Program-made: the position numbers and the translations under genes | NCBI GenBank assembly: GCA_041742355.1 | Contig: JBGSIV010000077.1 | Coordinates: 1 to 48,121, forward strand | From: Candidatus Zixiibacteriota bacterium | GTDB taxonomy: Bacteria > Zixibacteria > MSB-5A5 > GN15 > FEB-12 | Direction: 5' to 3' | DNA: 48,121 nucleotides | Notes under the pieces: model-generated | Database searches by the model: none | What the model saw: only the letters and a program-made list of their open reading frames with translations | Told to the model about the DNA's origin: nothing | In this document: piece after piece, positions 13,399-21,646 of the stretch | Layout: every line of letters starts with the position of its first letter | How positions within the stretch are numbered: position 1 is the first letter of the stretch

Positions 13399-13427
13399 AG
13401 AATAGTCGCTCGCCTCCACTTTGTCAA
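13399..13427 (-). promoter_or_regulatory. sigma70-like promoter for the candidate sRNA
   Basis: TTGACA-N17-TATTCT. The -10 is overlapped by the inverted repeat GACTAT-N3-ATAGTC (13393-13407). Confidence 0.75.
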
Positions 13428-13467
13428 GCGAAAAGTGGACTTGGGGCATCGTTTTCGCATTCGTCTT

Positions 13468-13746
13468 TCAGCTCTGCCGACTATCGAGAATTCGCCGATC
13501 GGTCAAGATTGACCAGACAAATGATGGCCCTCCGCTTAGGGCCGCTATCTTCCCGGTCGAAGCGCCGTGGACCTGCGCGAAATATCGAGCCAATTCCCTG
13601 CGGCTGATGGAGATATCCGAATGGCTCGGACGAACCCGATCGCCGTCGACAATTTCATAGCGGAAGGCCAGACCCGCTTGTGTTTGAAACTGCTCGCCGG
13701 CGTGCTCGACAATCCGCTCCCAGATTTGATCAAACGGTGTGCTCAT
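13468..13746 (-). CDS. Small hypothetical protein (92 aa)
   Basis: SD GAGGGG before MSTPFDQIWERIVEHAGEQFQT..G..F.Y; 'GPSFVWSILTDRRI' looks like a genuine small globular protein. Confidence 0.7.
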   Translation of the reverse strand: MSTPFDQIWERIVEHAGEQFQTQAGLAFRYEIVDGDRVRPSHSDISISRRELARYFAQVHGASTGKIAALSGGPSFVWSILTDRRILDSRQS

Positions 13747-13994
13747 ACGTTCCCCTCGACAAGTCAATTCGGACCGATACGCTCTCCGACCGCTGACAGC
13801 CAACCGCAGGTGAGTTCGACTGGCGTGCGCCCGATTACAGTGCTTCACCAGTAGGTACTCGCACAGTCCGTGAAACGCAATCATTTTTTTGCAGCCGAGA
13901 CTCCCTTCGGAGTCCGGCAGAAACCACTTGACACAACCCTCCGGCAGACGCTACTTAGGAGCGTAACGCAACTCATTCAGGCAGGGCTGAAACC

Positions 13995-14147
13995 ATGGAT
14001 CAATCGGAATTTGTATCGTACCTGCGGCAGCATATTCTCAAAATCGATGCCCGTGTGATTGTTGGACCTTCCGTCGCCCACAGCAAGGACCTTGGCGCCA
14101 CAGTCGTTGTCTCGTCGTCCAAGACGCCGGCCGTTACTCCTCGATAA
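13995..14147 (+). CDS. Candidate small protein (50 aa, MDQSEFVSYLRQHILKIDARVIVGPS...)
   Basis: ATG..TAA ORF below the 60-aa track cutoff, ~60 nt downstream of a TTGACA at 13928. Weak SD. Confidence 0.35.
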   Translation: MDQSEFVSYLRQHILKIDARVIVGPSVAHSKDLGATVVVSSSKTPAVTPR

Positions 14148-14515
14148 TCACTCTCCGCTTCACCCGCTGCCCATCATCTGATCAGTTCGTCTTCGCCCTG
14201 AAGCGGAAGACACACACATTCTCATTGACGTAGTGCTCGCTGTCCATTATACTACATACAGGATTCTGCATGCGGACCGGAAGCGCATGGGTTCAGACGA
14301 CGGGAGGGGGATCGTATTAATGGTGGTACCAGGAATTGCGCAGCTCGCATTGGTCCATGCCGGATTTTCAGGATATTCGCAACGCCGAATCGAGTTCTTG
14401 AGAGATAAGAAGCCGGCTGGCGTATCGCTGCCGGCAGTTCGCAGCGACGCCGGCGCGCCGGGGAGGTGCGCCGGCGTTTAATTGCCGGGGTTTGTGAATG
14501 TCTGCTTAAGCGCTA

Positions 14516-15769
14516 TCACGATTCGTGCCCGCCTGCCTGAGACCGGCTCTTCTTGAATGCTTCAAGTACGTCCAACACCATATCAATATCTTCCGGCGTC
14601 ATGTCCGCGGCGACCTGGAAGCGGATCAACTCCTCCCCCCTTGGTACGATCGGGAACCCGAGTCCTGTCGCTAGTATTCCGTGGTCGTGCAGAAACCGCG
14701 CCATCGCGCGCATCTGCATGGTGTCGCGCACGATCAACGGCACAACCGGGTGGGGGCTTGGGATTGTCTCGAAGCCGTGCGCAATCAACCCCTCCTCGAA
14801 TCGTCGGGTCATGGAGTGCAGGTGAGCGATCATCTCCAGTCCCTCGCTGCTGTCGACAATCTCGAGCGACTGCAGCGAAGCTGCCGCCTCTGGTGGCGTG
14901 ATCGGATTCGTGTAGATGTAAAGCGGGTTCTTCTCCCGGAGGTATGTCGTAACCGCTGTATCGGACACAATGTACCCGCCATTCACCCCGAACGCCTTGC
15001 CGAGTGTAGCGACGAGGATATCGGCCTGCCCCCCGGTCTGTTCCTCGGTGCCTCTCCCCGTCCTCCCCAGTGCACCAACGCCATGAGAATCATCGACAAT
15101 GAGCACGACCCCTCGTGGAAAGTCCTTGTCGTGGCGCCGGACGATCTGCTCGATCTCGTCCAGTGGCGCACAGTCTCCCCGCATAGAGAACACTCCGTCG
15201 GTGATCACGAGCACGGACTCCGCCTCACCGACCGAGGCGCCAATTTGTCGATCCAGCTCAACCAGATCCAGGTGCGGGTAGATTTTCTTCGCCTTCGGCC
15301 GGGACAGCTTCATCGCATTGATGATGCTGTTATGATTCAGTTCGTCGGATATGATGATCGTCTCGGGCGTGGTCAGCGAGGTGAGCACGCCGAGGATGGC
15401 GGTATACGCCGCCGAAGTGATCATGCAGGCGTCGCGCCCGTGGAATCCTGCGAGCTTATGCTCCAGTTCTACGTGCGGTTGGAACGTGCCGGCGATGAAC
15501 CGTACTGCCCCAGGTCCGACCCCCATCGACCGCGCGGTCTCCTCTTCTGACTGGATGAGACGCGGATGTGTGGAGAGGCCGAGGTAGTTATTTGAATTCA
15601 TGCGCAGGAACTCGTGACTCCCGTGACCTTCGAGAAACACGCGCGGTCCGGTGGTACCGTGCGGGCGACGGACCCCGACTATGACCTGCTCATGGGCCTT
15701 AGACAGTCCCTGAGCTTCAAGCGCATGCGCTTCGTCTTTGAGTGCAGCTGTAAATTTGTCGAGCGGCAT
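14516..15769 (-). CDS. PLP-dependent alpha-oxoamine synthase (Kbl/BioF family), second paralog
   Basis: 'MNSNNYLGLS', 'AVRFIAGT', 'ISDELNHNSI', 'TDGVFSMRGD', 'DDSHGVG', PLP lysine in 'TLGKAFG', 'IRFQV'. Confidence 0.9.
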   Translation of the reverse strand: MPLDKFTAALKDEAHALEAQGLSKAHEQVIVGVRRPHGTTGPRVFLEGHGSHEFLRMNSNNYLGLSTHPRLIQSEEETARSMGVGPGAVRFIAGTFQPHVELEHKLAGFHGRDACMITSAAYTAILGVLTSLTTPETIIISDELNHNSIINAMKLSRPKAKKIYPHLDLVELDRQIGASVGEAESVLVITDGVFSMRGDCAPLDEIEQIVRRHDKDFPRGVVLIVDDSHGVGALGRTGRGTEEQTGGQADILVATLGKAFGVNGGYIVSDTAVTTYLREKNPLYIYTNPITPPEAAASLQSLEIVDSSEGLEMIAHLHSMTRRFEEGLIAHGFETIPSPHPVVPLIVRDTMQMRAMARFLHDHGILATGLGFPIVPRGEELIRFQVAADMTPEDIDMVLDVLEAFKKSRSQAGGHES

Positions 15770-15902
15770 AATCCTGATCCGGCAGTGTTTAGGGGTTCCA
15801 TGCGGCTCGGCCGCACATCAAAATTGCGCAAACATAGTGGAAAACTGGAGGTGTGGCAAGGGGTTCCCACATTTCGAAAGTACGTAAGGCCGGACTCAAA
15901 TG

Positions 15903-15933
15903 AAAAGGCGCCGGGTGGCTTCACCCGGCGCCT
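15903..15933 (-). terminator. Intrinsic terminator after kbl
   Basis: 12-bp stem AGGCGCCGGGTG/CACCCGGCGCCT with a 4-nt loop, followed by a T-run on the minus strand. Confidence 0.75.
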
Positions 15934-15958
15934 CGTTTCGAAGGATGTGCGGCACAGG

Positions 15959-17206
15959 CTACATGCCGTACATCTCGATAATCTCATCCTTCGTCTTGCC
16001 CAGGATATTGTACTTGCAGCCGACCTTTTTGAACGCGTCGAGCGCCTTGTCAAGGTGATGTCGTTCGTGTGCGGCCGAGATCTGCGTCCGAATCCGCGCC
16101 TGCCCCTGCGGCACGACCGGGAAGAAAAACCCGATCGCGTAGATCCCCTCGGCGAACAGGTCGCGCGAGACGTCCTGCGAGAGCTTCGCGTTGAACAGCA
16201 TTACCGGCACGATCGGAGTGTCCCCCTTCTTGAGCACAAAACCGGCCTCTTCGAGCCCCTTGCGCCAGTAGGCGGTATTGGCCTCGAGCTTGTCGCGCCG
16301 CTCAGTGGTCGCCGATAGGATCTCAAGGACCTTGAGCACACCCGATACCACGACCGGAGCGATCGTGTTAGAGAAGAGATACGGACGAGCCTTCTGACGG
16401 CACATTTCTACCAGTTCCCTGCGTCCGGAGACACAGCCGCCGGAGGCACCGCCGAGCGCCTTGCCAAAAGTAGTAGTGATGATATCGATCTTACCCATCA
16501 CGCCGCACTTCTCATGCGTGCCCCGGCCGGTCTTGCCGATGAAGCCGCTGGAATGCGACTCGTCGACAAACAGCATAGCGTCGTACTTTTCACACAGCGC
16601 CACCATCTCATCGAGCTTGGCCGTGTCGCCGTCCATCGAGAAGACGCCGTCGGTGATAACCACCTTGCGGCGCTTGCCGGCGTGGAGTTGGAGCTTCTCC
16701 TCGAGGTGCTCCATGTTGGAGTGCTTGAACGTGTCGTGCTCGGCGCTGCACAGGCGGATGCCGTCGATAATCGAAGCGTGCACCAGTCGATCCGAGATCA
16801 TGACATCGTCCTTGTTCAGGATCGCTTCGAACACGCCGGCATTGGCGTCCATGCAGGACGGGAACAGAATCGTTGCCTCGGTGCCCAGAAAAGCCGTGAC
16901 CTTGTCTTCCAACTCCCTGTGGATGTCCTGCGTGCCGCAGATGAACCGCACCGACGACATGCCGTAGCCGCGGGTTTCGAGCCCCTCGTGGGCGGCCTTG
17001 ATCACATCGGGATGGCTTGACAAGCCGAGGTAGTTGTTGGCGCACATGTTGATGACCTTTTTGGTCGCGGCGCCAACCGGATATTCAACATCGATATCCG
17101 GCGACTGGGCGGAGTGGATGAAACGCTCCTGCTTAAACAGGCCGGCATCCTGCAGATCCTTGATCTGCTGCTGGTAGGTCGACCGGACAGTATTGCTGAA
17201 ACTCAT
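15959..17206 (-). CDS. kbl: Glycine C-acetyltransferase (2-amino-3-ketobutyrate CoA ligase)
   Basis: 'MCANNYLGLSSHP', 'GMSSVRFICGTQDIH', 'SCMDANAGVFE', 'TFGKALGGASGG', 'RQKARPYLFSN', 'FPVVPQGQARIRTQISAAH' are Kbl signatures. SD AAGGAG. Confidence 0.93.
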   Translation of the reverse strand: MSFSNTVRSTYQQQIKDLQDAGLFKQERFIHSAQSPDIDVEYPVGAATKKVINMCANNYLGLSSHPDVIKAAHEGLETRGYGMSSVRFICGTQDIHRELEDKVTAFLGTEATILFPSCMDANAGVFEAILNKDDVMISDRLVHASIIDGIRLCSAEHDTFKHSNMEHLEEKLQLHAGKRRKVVITDGVFSMDGDTAKLDEMVALCEKYDAMLFVDESHSSGFIGKTGRGTHEKCGVMGKIDIITTTFGKALGGASGGCVSGRRELVEMCRQKARPYLFSNTIAPVVVSGVLKVLEILSATTERRDKLEANTAYWRKGLEEAGFVLKKGDTPIVPVMLFNAKLSQDVSRDLFAEGIYAIGFFFPVVPQGQARIRTQISAAHERHHLDKALDAFKKVGCKYNILGKTKDEIIEMYGM

Positions 17207-17269
17207 TGCCTTACTCCTTGCCGCTCACGACGGAGAAACCGCCGGCGGCGAATGCCGGGCCTGCCCGGA

Positions 17270-17515
17270 CTACTTCACATACTCGCGAACCAGCGCGACA
17301 ATCTTGTTCACGGAGTCGAACGCCTCCGGGGTCGCCTTGTCATCGGGAATCGAAATCTTGTACTTGTTTTCGAGGAAACGTTTCAGGGAAACCATCGAGA
17401 ACGAATCGACGATGCCGCCGGAAATGAGCGGCGTATTGACGCCCAGATCCTCGTCCTCATCCTCGAGGTACTCGGCCTTGACGTATTCCAGCACAACTTT
17501 GGTCATGTCATCCAT
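17270..17515 (-). CDS. Acyl carrier protein
   Basis: 81 aa, acidic, 'TPLISGGIVDSFSMVSL' phosphopantetheine Ser motif, 'YKISIPD', 'FDSVNKIV'. SD AGGAG. Confidence 0.9.
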   Translation of the reverse strand: MDDMTKVVLEYVKAEYLEDEDEDLGVNTPLISGGIVDSFSMVSLKRFLENKYKISIPDDKATPEAFDSVNKIVALVREYVK

Positions 17516-17551
17516 GGTCAACTCCTGCCGTCAGGCTGTATATCGTACATG

Positions 17552-19255
17552 CTAGTCGTTTTCGAGCGACGAAACATCGCCGACTTCTTCGCCCCACTCC
17601 TTGGCATGCAGCAGGCGACGCACGATTTTCCCGCTGCGCGTCTTCGGCAGCGACGGAACGTACTCGATCTCCTGCGGCATCGCCAGCGGCGAAAGCCGTT
17701 TCCGAATGAAATTCATGATCTCAAGTTCGAGGTCGGGACCGGCCTGGAAACCGGGTTTGAGAGTCACAAACGCCTTGACCACTTCCATGTTGATCGGGTC
17801 GGGCTTCGATACCACGGCCGACTCGGCCACGGCCGGGTGCTCGAGCAGGGCCGATTCCACTTCGAACGGACTCACAAGGTGGCCGCCGGTGTTGATGATG
17901 TCATCGTCGCGTCCCGTGAACCAGAAGTACCCTTCGTGGTCGAGTTTGGACCGGTCGCCGGTGAGATACCAGCCATTCTTAAACTTCGCCCGGTACGTGG
18001 TTTCATTGTTCCAGTATGTTCTCATCATCGACGGCCAGCCCGGCTTGATCCCGATGAGGCCGATCACGTTCGGACGCTCGATCGGCTCATATGTCACGGG
18101 GTCGAGTACAGTCGCCGTGATTCCCGGGAACGGGCGTCCCATCGAGCCGGGCTTGATCGGCATGCCGGGGAAGTTAGTGATCATGATGCTGCCGGTTTCG
18201 GTCTGCCAGTATGTATCGTGGAACGGCAGGCCGATAACCCGCTGTGACCAGACCACCGCCTCGGAATTGAGCGGTTCGCCGACGCTGGCCAGATGGCGCA
18301 GGCTCGACAGGTCGAACTTCTTCGGCGCGTCATCGCCGGCCTTCATGAGCGAGCGGATTGCGGTCGGGGCCGAATACCACATCGTGACGCGGTGCTTCTC
18401 GATAAACTTGTACCAGCCCTCCGCGGAGAATCCCTGGTCGATCACGCACTGCGTGACTCCCAGCGAGAACGGCGCGATGATGCCGTAGGAAGTGCCGGTC
18501 ACCCAGCCGGGGTCGGCCGTGCACCAGTATATGTCGTCATCGCGCAGGTCCAGCGCCCACTTGGCAGTGAGGTACTGGCCGACCAGGGAGTAGTGAACGT
18601 GCTTCACTCCCTTCGGTTGGCCAGTCGTCCCGGATGTATAGTGGAGCACCGACGGCGACTCCGCCTTCGTCGGATGAATTTCAAGGTGCTCGACCGGGGT
18701 GGCTGTCTCCAGACTGAATGCTACTTCGCGTTCCTGGAGCGGCTTGCGGCCGTCGTAATCGACGATGATGATGTGCGTCAGCGACGGAAGCTGGTCGATG
18801 ATCTTGCGCACCTTCGGCACGTGTTTTCTCTGCGTGATGATTGCCTTCGTCCCGGCGTCTTTCAAACGCACGAGGAGCGATTCGTCGCCAAAGGCGGAGA
18901 ACAACGGCTGCACGATGGCGCCCAGCTTGAGAACGCCGACGAAACCGAGATAGAGTTCGGGAATTTTATCCATGAAGAGGCAAACCCGGTCGCCGTCGAC
19001 AATGCCGAGTCCGCGCAAAAACGCCCCGATCGTGTTCGAGGTCAGGCGGACATCGTTGTAGGTGTACTTCTTCTCCTTGCCAGTCGCGTCTTCCCAGAGC
19101 AGGGCCATCTTGTCGGCCTTGCCGAGTTGACACACGCGGTCCGAGCAGTACCAGCCGATATTGATCGTACCGCCGGGAGTATAGCCGAGTTCCTTCTCGG
19201 CAATTGACCAGTCGAAGCCTTTGACGCGGTCCTGATATGATCCGAAGTTAGTCAT
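17552..19255 (-). CDS. acsA: Acetate--CoA ligase-like AMP-binding enzyme (AcsA type)
   Basis: 'YTSGTTGQPKG' P-loop, 'WCTADPGWVTG', 'SVGEPLN', 'DTYWQTETG', 'GRDDD', 'PKTRSGKIVRR'. Confidence 0.9.
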   Translation of the reverse strand: MTNFGSYQDRVKGFDWSIAEKELGYTPGGTINIGWYCSDRVCQLGKADKMALLWEDATGKEKKYTYNDVRLTSNTIGAFLRGLGIVDGDRVCLFMDKIPELYLGFVGVLKLGAIVQPLFSAFGDESLLVRLKDAGTKAIITQRKHVPKVRKIIDQLPSLTHIIIVDYDGRKPLQEREVAFSLETATPVEHLEIHPTKAESPSVLHYTSGTTGQPKGVKHVHYSLVGQYLTAKWALDLRDDDIYWCTADPGWVTGTSYGIIAPFSLGVTQCVIDQGFSAEGWYKFIEKHRVTMWYSAPTAIRSLMKAGDDAPKKFDLSSLRHLASVGEPLNSEAVVWSQRVIGLPFHDTYWQTETGSIMITNFPGMPIKPGSMGRPFPGITATVLDPVTYEPIERPNVIGLIGIKPGWPSMMRTYWNNETTYRAKFKNGWYLTGDRSKLDHEGYFWFTGRDDDIINTGGHLVSPFEVESALLEHPAVAESAVVSKPDPINMEVVKAFVTLKPGFQAGPDLELEIMNFIRKRLSPLAMPQEIEYVPSLPKTRSGKIVRRLLHAKEWGEEVGDVSSLEND

Positions 19256-19271
19256 ATCGATCGAGAGCCTC

Positions 19272-19646
19272 CTATTTTTCCAGAATTACCATTGCTGCCG
19301 CTGTTGTGGTCGGTACGGATAAAGCGAGGCGACACCGGATGATGCCCCGGCGGTCGGTCTGCCGACGGGCCTCCCCCGTCACCGCCAGGTCGGGAGCACC
19401 AGAGTCACCGCTGATGACCTCAATATCGGAGAAGCGAATACCGCCTCTCCAGCCTGTTCCGAGGGCCTTCAGATAGGCCTCCTTGGCCGCGAATCGGGCG
19501 GCGAAGTGCCGTTCCGGATGGCGCTGGCCCGCACAGTGCGCTATTTCCGCCGCGGTGAACAGCTGCTCCATGAGGCCGGCCTGCTCTTCGAGCTGCCGCG
19601 CCACCCGCGGTACTTCGATTGAATCTATGCCTATTCCGACAATCAC
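19272..19646 (-). CDS. acpS: Holo-ACP synthase (4'-phosphopantetheinyl transferase)
   Basis: 'IVGIGIDSIEVPR', 'FT..E', 'AARFAAKEAYLKALGTG', 'DIEV....GAP'. Its GTG start overlaps the tdh stop (GTGA). Confidence 0.92.
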   Translation of the reverse strand: MIVGIGIDSIEVPRVARQLEEQAGLMEQLFTAAEIAHCAGQRHPERHFAARFAAKEAYLKALGTGWRGGIRFSDIEVISGDSGAPDLAVTGEARRQTDRRGIIRCRLALSVPTTTAAAMVILEK

Positions 19647-20620
19647 CGCGACACCGGTTTCGCGTCTCCTTTGCCGAACCGGGCCGCGAGCACATCGAGC
19701 ATCTCGCGCGACATCTTCGGCAAATCAAACTTCGGCCGCCAGCCCCACTCCGCCCGCGCCGCCGAATCGTCCATGTAGTTCGGCCACGAGTCGGCGATCG
19801 CCTGCCGCACCGGGTCGATCTGATAGTCAATCGTGAATCCCGGAACGTGCCGGCAGATCTCCGCCGCGAGTTCCGACGGAGTGAAGTGCATGGCAGTAAC
19901 GTTGTACGCGTTGCGGTGCACCAGAGAGGTCGGATCCGCCTCCATCAGCTCGATCATCGCGTTGATGGCGTCGGGCATATACATCATGTCAAGACTTGTG
20001 TCCGGACGAAGGTAGCAGGTGTATTTCTGGTGTTTGATTGCTTCAATGAAAATCTCGACCGCGTAGTCGGTCGTGCCGCCGCCCGGCTCGGTTTCATAGG
20101 AGATGATTCCGGGGAAGCGCACGCCGCGCGTATCGACTCCGAACCGCTTGAAGTAGTACTGGCAGAGAAGTTCGCCGGTCAGCTTCGTGACGCCGTAAAT
20201 GGTTTCGGGGCGCTGAATAGTTACCTGCGGCGTGTTGTCCAGCGGAGTGGACCGGCCGAAGACGCCGATCGAGCTGGGGACGAACACGCTGCAGTGGTAC
20301 TGCCGCGCCGCCTCAAGGATGTGGTAAAGTCCGTTGACATTGACCTGCCACGCCTGGTTGGGACGGCTCTCCCCCACAGCCGACAGCAGTGCGGCCAGGT
20401 GGAAAATCGTATCGGCCTGGTGGATCGACATCACCCGCGTGATGTGGTGCGGATCGAGGACATCGAGAAATTCGAACGGTCCCGACTCAAGGAACGACCG
20501 ATCGGCGGGCATGCGGATATCGGTGGCAATAACGTTCTCGGCGCCGTAGCGTTTCCGCAGCGCCAACGTGACCTCGGAGCCGATCTGACCAATGGCGCCG
20601 GTGATGAGGATCTTCTTCAT
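19643..20620 (-). CDS. tdh: L-threonine 3-dehydrogenase, SDR/epimerase type
   Basis: 'ILITGAIGQIGSE', 'HLAALLSAVGE', 'PSSIGVFG', 'YGVTK', 'PGGGTTDYAVEIF', 'MMYMPDA', 'RQAIADSWP' match the UDP-galactose-epimerase-like ThrDH family. Adjacent to kbl genes. Confidence 0.88.
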   Translation of the reverse strand: MKKILITGAIGQIGSEVTLALRKRYGAENVIATDIRMPADRSFLESGPFEFLDVLDPHHITRVMSIHQADTIFHLAALLSAVGESRPNQAWQVNVNGLYHILEAARQYHCSVFVPSSIGVFGRSTPLDNTPQVTIQRPETIYGVTKLTGELLCQYYFKRFGVDTRGVRFPGIISYETEPGGGTTDYAVEIFIEAIKHQKYTCYLRPDTSLDMMYMPDAINAMIELMEADPTSLVHRNAYNVTAMHFTPSELAAEICRHVPGFTIDYQIDPVRQAIADSWPNYMDDSAARAEWGWRPKFDLPKMSREMLDVLAARFGKGDAKPVSR

Positions 20621-20723
20621 GATGCTTCACCTATGCTAAGTTCCCGCCTTCCAACCGAACCGCCGGATCAGGCGTCCGCCTGAGAGTAGCCGAGGGTACG
20701 CTGGTCGACGACATTTGGCGTAC

Positions 20724-20752
20724 AAAATACCTGTGATGCCGGGGCAAGGCAA
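20724..20752 (-). promoter_or_regulatory. sigma70-like promoter of the tdh operon
   Basis: TTGCCT-N17-TATTTT about 100 nt upstream of tdh. Confidence 0.5.
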
Positions 20753-20786
20753 GGGGAAAAAGTCCCTGCTTGTCCGGGTTTGCCCC

Positions 20787-21626
20787 TCAGGAGAGGTTAG
20801 GCGGGAAAACGCTACGGCGGCGAAGCAGCCCTAGCAGCGGCAGACCGATCACGTAGCACGCGATCAGCTCCCCTACCCCGACCATCTGCACACAGAACCA
20901 GTAGTTGACTCCGATAATTGGCGCCAGGTATGCCGACACCCCCAGGGCGTTGAGCACAACCGGCGGAAGCGGCGCCAGAAGAACGCCGGGCCCGATCTCC
21001 GAGACAAGGCTCCAGGAAAACACTCCTGCCCCGGCCACAGCTGCCACCATAAGCAGCGCCCCGCAAACAATGAAGTAAGTGTCCGGGGTGACCCGAAGGA
21101 GCAGCACCGCTACCATGGCCAGTATGAGCGATACAATGAATCGTGTGCCGATCTGCTCGCGCAGGTCGTCGGCTGCCTTCCCCTTCGGCGTTCGGTACAC
21201 CAGAAGCGGCACAACTGCGGCTACGCCCAACGCGGCCCCGAGGACTGTCAGCAGGGTGAGCACCAACCCGCTGAGCAGGTACACCGCCCCCAGCCACATC
21301 AGGACGACCGGGAGAACCGCCGGCAAGAGGGCCGCCCTCCGACTGAGCATACCGGCACGATGTGTCAGCACCGCAGCCACCAGGGTGATCAGCGGCCCAA
21401 CCACAATATCGATCCAGCCAACGTTGCCGAAGACATTGGCCAGCAGGCAACCCACATAGAGGCCGGGAATAGCCGCCGGGAGAAAGAACGGAAGGACGGT
21501 CAAGGCCTCGGCTACCCGAATCTGATAGACGCCGAACGAAATTGGGGCAAACGCCAGACTGAGGACGGCGTAGAGCGCGGCAACAAGACCAGCGTGGGCA
21601 ATATCACGAATAGAGAACCGGTTCAT
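20787..21626 (-). CDS. queT: QueT family transporter with internal extra TM segments
   Basis: N-half 'AALYAVLSL.FAPISFG..QIRVAEALTVLPFF.P.AIPGL.VGCLLAN' and C-end 'LAPLPPVVLNALGV..YL....VGVGELIACYVIGLPL' are QueT motifs. Start MNRFS at 21626. Confidence 0.8.
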   Translation of the reverse strand: MNRFSIRDIAHAGLVAALYAVLSLAFAPISFGVYQIRVAEALTVLPFFLPAAIPGLYVGCLLANVFGNVGWIDIVVGPLITLVAAVLTHRAGMLSRRAALLPAVLPVVLMWLGAVYLLSGLVLTLLTVLGAALGVAAVVPLLVYRTPKGKAADDLREQIGTRFIVSLILAMVAVLLLRVTPDTYFIVCGALLMVAAVAGAGVFSWSLVSEIGPGVLLAPLPPVVLNALGVSAYLAPIIGVNYWFCVQMVGVGELIACYVIGLPLLGLLRRRSVFPPNLS

Positions 21627-21646
21627 TCGGAGGAATGAACCGGTTC
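21615..21646. repeat. Perfect 14-bp inverted repeat covering the queT start codon
   Basis: GAACCGGTTCATTC-ggag-GAATGAACCGGTTC. Confidence 0.9.

Noticed and set aside
14233..14481. 82-aa ORF convergent on the kbl paralog
   Set aside because: No recognisable motif or SD; cannot be supported as a gene.
20621..20720. Possible glycine riboswitch in the tdh leader (contains CTCTCAGG)
   Set aside because: The GGAGA and CCGAAG elements are missing, and the motif is part of a simple TCAGGC/GCCTGA hairpin.
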